From contig JBHGNT010000008.1 of assembly GCA_043228905.1 (NCBI GenBank), forward strand, positions 12,028,001 through 12,092,000: a stretch of DNA of 64,000 nucleotides, read 5' to 3'. Positions 58,826 to 64,000 of the stretch are shown one piece after another. This DNA is from Azolla caroliniana. Its lineage: Eukaryota > Plantae > Polypodiophyta. The translations under genes were made by a program, and so were the position numbers. Within the stretch, counting starts at the first letter, position 1. Each line of letters opens with the position of its first letter. Below the pieces are notes generated by a model. It did not search any database. It was not told the DNA's origin and worked only from the letters and a program-made list of their open reading frames with translations.

Positions 58826-61800
58826 TCACTTCGGCATGGGATGTCTCTCCAATCCAATCCTCTTCCGGCATGCTTCCAGCTTGTCGGGTGTAAGTACCTT
58901 GGTCAGCATATCCGACCCGTTCTCGTCCGTGTGGATCTTCGTCAGCACGAACTCCTTGTCTTCTATCCTTTCCCGGATCCAGTGGTATCTACGCTGGATG
59001 TGCTTCATCCGGGAGTGATAGGCCGCATTCTTCGCAAGGTGGATGGCACTCTGACTGTCGCAGTAGAGTCGGTACTCCTCCTGCCGGATACCGAGCTCTC
59101 TAATGAAGTCCTTCATCCATATTATTTCCTTGCCGGCTTCAACGGCCGCCATGTACTCCGCCTCCGTGGTTGACAACGCAACCGTCTTCTGCAACCTCGA
59201 CTGCCATGAAACAGCTCCCCCTGCATACGTCATCACATACCCTGATGTGGACCGGCTGGTATCTGCATCGGCCGACATATCCGAATCGGTAAAGCCGTCG
59301 AGTTCGGGCTTACCGGAGCCGAATCGGAGGCATACGTTTGCCGTGCCCTTCAGGTATCGGAGTATCCACTTGGCCGCGTTCCAGTGCTCTTTGCCGGGAT
59401 TGCTCATGTACCGGCTCACCACTCCGACTGCATATCCTATGTCCGGTCTTGTACACACCATTGCGTACATCAAGCTTCCGACGGCAGAGGCATATGGTAC
59501 TTTCATCATGTCCTCCTTCTCAGCCTTTGTCTTGGGGCTTTGCTTGCTGGACAACTTGCAGTTTGCTGGGAGGGTTGACCCGACCGGTCTTGCTTCCGAC
59601 ATGTTGAACCGGTGAAGCACCTTTGTCACGTACTTCTCCTGTGACAGCCACAACTGCTTCTTCTTCCGGTCCCGGATGATGTGCATCCCTAGTATTTGCC
59701 TCGCCGGACCCAGGTCCTTCATTGAGAAGGTTCGGTGAAGCGCTTTCTTCAGCATCTGTATCTTGACCTGGTCCCGTCCGACGATCAACATGTCGTCCAC
59801 GTACAGGAGGAGTATTAGAAAGTCTCCTCCTTCGAACTTCTTTACAAACACGCAGTGATCGGACTGCGTTTTGTGGTACCCTTCGTCGGTCATGAAAGAG
59901 TCGAACTTCCGGTACCATTGCCGGGGAGCCTGCTTCAGTCCGTAAAGGCTCTTCTTCAACCGGCATACCAGGTGCTCCTTCCCTTTCTTCTCGAATCCTT
60001 CCGGTTGCTGCATGTAGATCTCTTCTTCGAGGTCACCGTGAAGGAATGCCGTCTTCACGTCCATCTGTTCTACCTCGAGGTCCATGCTTGCCGCTATGCT
60101 CAGCACCGTCCGGATGGAGGTCATCTTCACTACCGGGGCAAATATCTCGTCGAAGTCGACGCCCTTCTTCTGCTGAAACCCCTTCACCACGATCCTGGCT
60201 TTGTATCTCGGGGGATTTCCGGCATCTCCCGGTTTCAGCTTGAACACCCACTTGTTTCGAAGTGCCCGCTTTCCTTTCGGCAACTCCACAAGTTCATATG
60301 TGTGGTTCTCATGCAGGGAATCCATCTCCTCCTGCATGGCACTTAACCACTTGCGGCTATGGGTGTCAAGCTTTGCTTCTTCAAAACTCTCCGGCTCCCC
60401 CTCGTCGGTTAGCAGCACGTGCTCTGGTTCCGGAAATCTCCGGGGGCCCCTTCTCTCTCTTAGAGGATATCTCCGTTCCGGAGCTTCGGTAACCGGCTCC
60501 TCCGTTTCCTCTTCATCCGAATCCATTTCGGGATCGGGGCCAGTTCCGGTATCAGTTTCATCTTCTCGGCCGGTTCTTTTTCTTCACCGTCTTCGGCCGG
60601 ATCCTCGGGTGCTAACCGGTCCCTTGCCGGTCGGGGCTGCTCCTCGTAGAGTTGATCCTCACCGGACGACTTGGAGCTCTTCATCTTCTTCTCCGACTCC
60701 TAGTCGGCGAGTGTCTTGTCCTCCATGAAGATGATATCACGACTCCGGAATATCTTTTTGTCGACCGGGTCCCACACTCGGTAGCCGAACTCGTCGTCGC
60801 CGTAACCGAGGAATATGCATGGCCGGGTCTTTGGGTCTAGCTTTCCTCTCCGGTCCTTTGCCACATGCACATATGCGAGACACCCGAACACCTTCAGATG
60901 CCGGTAGGATACTTCCCTACCGGTCCATACTCTCTGCGGCGTGTCTCCGTCCAAAGGTACTGAGGGTGATCTGTTTATCACGTATGTCGTCGTCGACATT
61001 GCCTCAGCCCAAAACCCCTTGGGTAATTTCGCATGCGCCAGCATACTCCGGACCCTCTCCATTATGGTCCGGTTCATCCTCTCGGCCAGCCCGTTCAGTT
61101 CCGGCGTCTTCGGCACAGTGAACTCGAGCCGGATTCCCTTCGAGCGACAGTACTCTTCGAACTGCCCCCGGTATTCCCCTCCGTTATCCACTCGTATCGC
61201 TTTCAGCTCCTTGCCGGATTCCCTTTCCACTCTCGCGTGGAGTTCTTTGAAGACGGACAATACTTGGTCCTTTGTCTTCAACGGTGCCGTCCACAGCTTC
61301 CGGCTATGGTCATCTATGAATGTTACGAAGTACTGGGCTCCGCCATGTGACTTCGTTTCTACCTGACACACATCAGTGTGTACCAACTCCAATGGTACAC
61401 TACGTCTCGTCGGTGGCCTTGAGTGGAAGGAGGTTCGGTTCTGTTTACCGGCCAGGCAATCGGTGCACTTCTCCAGGTGCACATGCTTCACTGGAATAAG
61501 GTTGTCTTCTGCAAGCCTCTTCATCCCCTTCTCACTCATGTGACACAGTCTCTTGTGCCACAGCTCACCGGCAGTATCGGCTGCCACGTTCAGCTCCTCC
61601 GGACATAGCCGGGAATTCATCAGGTAAAGTGTGTTGACCTTCCGAGCCCGAGCCACTATCAGGCTCCCTTTGCTGAACTTCATGACACCGTTCCGGATGC
61701 TACCCGTGTAGCCTTCATCGTCTAGCCTCCCGGCCGAAATCAGGTTCAATCGGACCTCCGGAACGTGTCGTACATCCTTCAGCAGCATCTTGCATCCGGT

Positions 61801-62898
61801 TGATGTCATCAGCCACACGTCTCCTATGCCAGCAATCCGACATGTGCCTTCATTTCCCATCCGGACACAGCCGTGCTCACCGGCTGTGTAGGATGAGAAG
61901 TATTTCTTCTCCGGGGTCAGGTGGAACGACGCTCCGGAATCGACCACCCAGGTCATCTCTACACCGGCAAGGTTCAGCTCCCTCTCTTCGGTAATGAGCA
62001 TTATCTCTTCTTCACTTGCCGCGAGTGCCGTCGTTCCTTTCCGGTCCTGCCCTCGCCGATCCGGACCTCTCCGGTCCGTGGCTCCCCGGTATGCACCGTT
62101 TCTCTCCGGTGACTTCTTCAAATCGGTGTCGTCGGCTCCGTTGTCCTTTCGGTAATGCCGACAATTCTTCCGGAAGTGCCCCGGCTTCCCACAGTGGAAG
62201 CATGTGGGTCTTCCTCTTGACTGTGACCGGGTCCCCGACTTCTCCCGTCTTTGCGGACTCCGGTTCCATTGTCTTCCCTGATCCGATTCGGTAAGCAGCA
62301 TCTTCGGATCGGAAACCGGTTCTTTATCTCTCCGACGCGCTTCTTCGTTCAAAATGCTTGTCTTTACCGTTTGTAGAGACAAGTTATCTTCGGTGCAGGA
62401 GGTGCTGAGAGTCACCACCAAGTTCTCCCAGCTTTCCGGCAATGTACACATCAGAATGATGGCTTGCATTGCATCCTCCAACGGGAACTTGATCGCCGCA
62501 AGCTGGTTCACGAATCCCATGAATGTGCTCACGTGTTCCACCATATTCTCGCCGTCCCGGTACTTGAGGTTCACTATCTTCCTCATCAGGGAGGTCCGGT
62601 TCAACGCATTCTTCCTCTCGTAGAGGCCCGACAGCTTCTTCCACATCTCATATGCGTTGGTGTCGTTCGCCACATGTTGCAGAACACTTACATCTACATA
62701 TTGCCGGATCGTCGCTACGGCTTTCCGGTTCAGGAGCTTCCACTCCGACTCTATTACCCCCTTGGGTATCTCGGCATTGTCGATCGGTTCGTACAGGTCT
62801 CGGACGATGAGAAGGTCTTCCATCTTTATCTTCCAGTCGGCATAGTTCTGTGAGTTCAACACCATCATGCCCGGAGGCCCACTACCGCCGCCTTCCAT
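58826..62898 (-). pseudogene. gag-pol: Copia Gag-Pol of E2 (TGG>TAG at about 60700 and a frameshift near 60570)
   Basis: All domains present and colinear with E1. Confidence 0.93.
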
Positions 62899-62929
62899 TT
62901 TCTGTGTTACCGTCGCTCTGATACCACTT

Positions 62930-63632
62930 TGTTAAACACGGTGCTCGGCCACAACCGAGGAATAGGATCAACTCACACAGAAAACGGGAAATACCAAGAT
63001 GCACGAAGACAATAGAGAGAAAAGTACACAGGATGTTTTACGTGGAAAACCCTAAATGGGAAAAAAAACCACGGAAGTCCTCAAACTCCAACTATCACTA
63101 TGAACAGAGATGTACAATGGTGAAGCCACAAGGCAACAACCTTGAGCTCACTGTCTACGCCAACAGGCGGTGGTAATACACAGAGGCAACGACCTCTTCG
63201 TCTTTCTCTCTCTCTCTCTCTCTCTCTCGGCTGCTCTCTTCACTCTCTCTAAGTGGAAAACAGAAAATGAGCAACAACAGCTAAACTGTTTGCCCTAAGT
63301 CATATTTATACACATATGACTTTCGGGCTATTTACAAATATAGTCTCCGCATCCGGATCTCTCTCCGGGTACATTCATCATCCGGCTCCGTAGCCGGGGT
63401 CTTCGTCATCCGGCTCCGTAACCGGGGTCTTCATCATCCGGCTCTGTAGCCGGGTCTTCGTCATCCGGCACCGTAGCCGGGGTCATCTCTTCGTCATCCG
63501 GCTCCGTAGCCGGGGTCTTCATCATCTGGCTCCGTAACCGGGTACTCTTCATCCTCCGGTTCCGTAACCGCAACCAGGCCTGCCGTCATTCATCTCCGGA
63601 CATCCCATCCGGAGGGACCGAAAATCCCAACA
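62930..63632 (-). repeat. 5' LTR of E2
   Basis: Adjacent to the PBS. Confidence 0.95.
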
Positions 63633-63637
63633 CAGTG

Positions 63638-64000
63638 ATCAACGACATTGCCGGCCCAGTCGGCATCAGTGTAGCCGACCAACTGTGGGGCTATATCGGT
63701 CCGATATAGCAGTCCGCGGTCCTTAGTGCCGCTTGCGTACCGCAGTACGCGTTGCGCACATTGAAGATTCTCCTCGGTAGGTCGCGCCATGAACTGACTG
63801 ATCACCCCGACCGGATAACTGAGATCGGGTCGGGTGATGGTCAAGTAGACAAGGCTTCCGACAACTTGTCGGAACTTTGTCGGATCACAAACCTTGCCGG
63901 AATTGGGGCGAAGCTTGACAGTTGTGTCCAAAGGAGTCGAGACGGACTTACAATTTGCCATCCCGAATTTGAAGAGCATATTCAACGCGTAATGACGTTG
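63638..64000 (-). pseudogene. Copia RT C-terminus and RNase H start of F2
   Basis: VGSLVYLTITRPDL, GYTDADWAG. Confidence 0.9.

Larger units (their letters stand above)
58099..63632 (-). mobile_element. Ty1/copia E2 (Tnt1-like), full length and recent
   Basis: TSD CAGTG (58094-98 and 63633-37). LTRs 58099-58815 and 62930-63632 are nearly identical. Met PBS 62915-26. PPT 58816-27. Confidence 0.97.
56740..64000 (-). mobile_element. Ty1/copia F2 (3' part; continues beyond the window), interrupted by E2
   Basis: 3' LTR 56740-57143 and PPT 57144-57157. RT/RH at 63638-64000 joins 58093-57307. Confidence 0.88.

Noticed and set aside
58836-62853. Many short + strand ORFs (likewise those antisense to other pol genes)
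   Set aside because: Shadow ORFs of GC-rich coding sequence with no independent motifs.

Overview
The window is a gene-free pile of nested plant LTR retrotransposons, stacked up to four deep. The lineage mix suggests an early-diverging land plant such as a bryophyte, lycophyte or fern (inference only). Contents, using my own family labels: (A) five copies of a non-chromovirus Ty3/gypsy family with a tRNA-Arg PBS, gag-pol and an extra coiled-coil ORF3; (D) the 3' remnant of a relative of A; (B) a gypsy family with TGTCG..CGACA LTRs, apparent 4-bp TSDs and a -1 frameshift pseudoknot; (C) a minus-strand gypsy with a second aspartic protease after integrase and a probably spliced accessory ORF; (G) a self-priming chromovirus; (E, F) two copies each of two Ty1/copia families. 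No host genes, intact tRNA/rRNA genes or CRISPR arrays were seen. Main finding: in all four A/D copies that keep a 3' LTR, the position normally held by the polypurine tract holds a sense copy of the 3' half of tRNA-Arg ending in CCA, with a small hairpin (showing one compensatory base change) inserted at the m1A58 position. On the minus-strand cDNA this reads as a second primer-binding site, which suggests plus-strand synthesis primed by tRNA. All boundaries and identities were read by eye.
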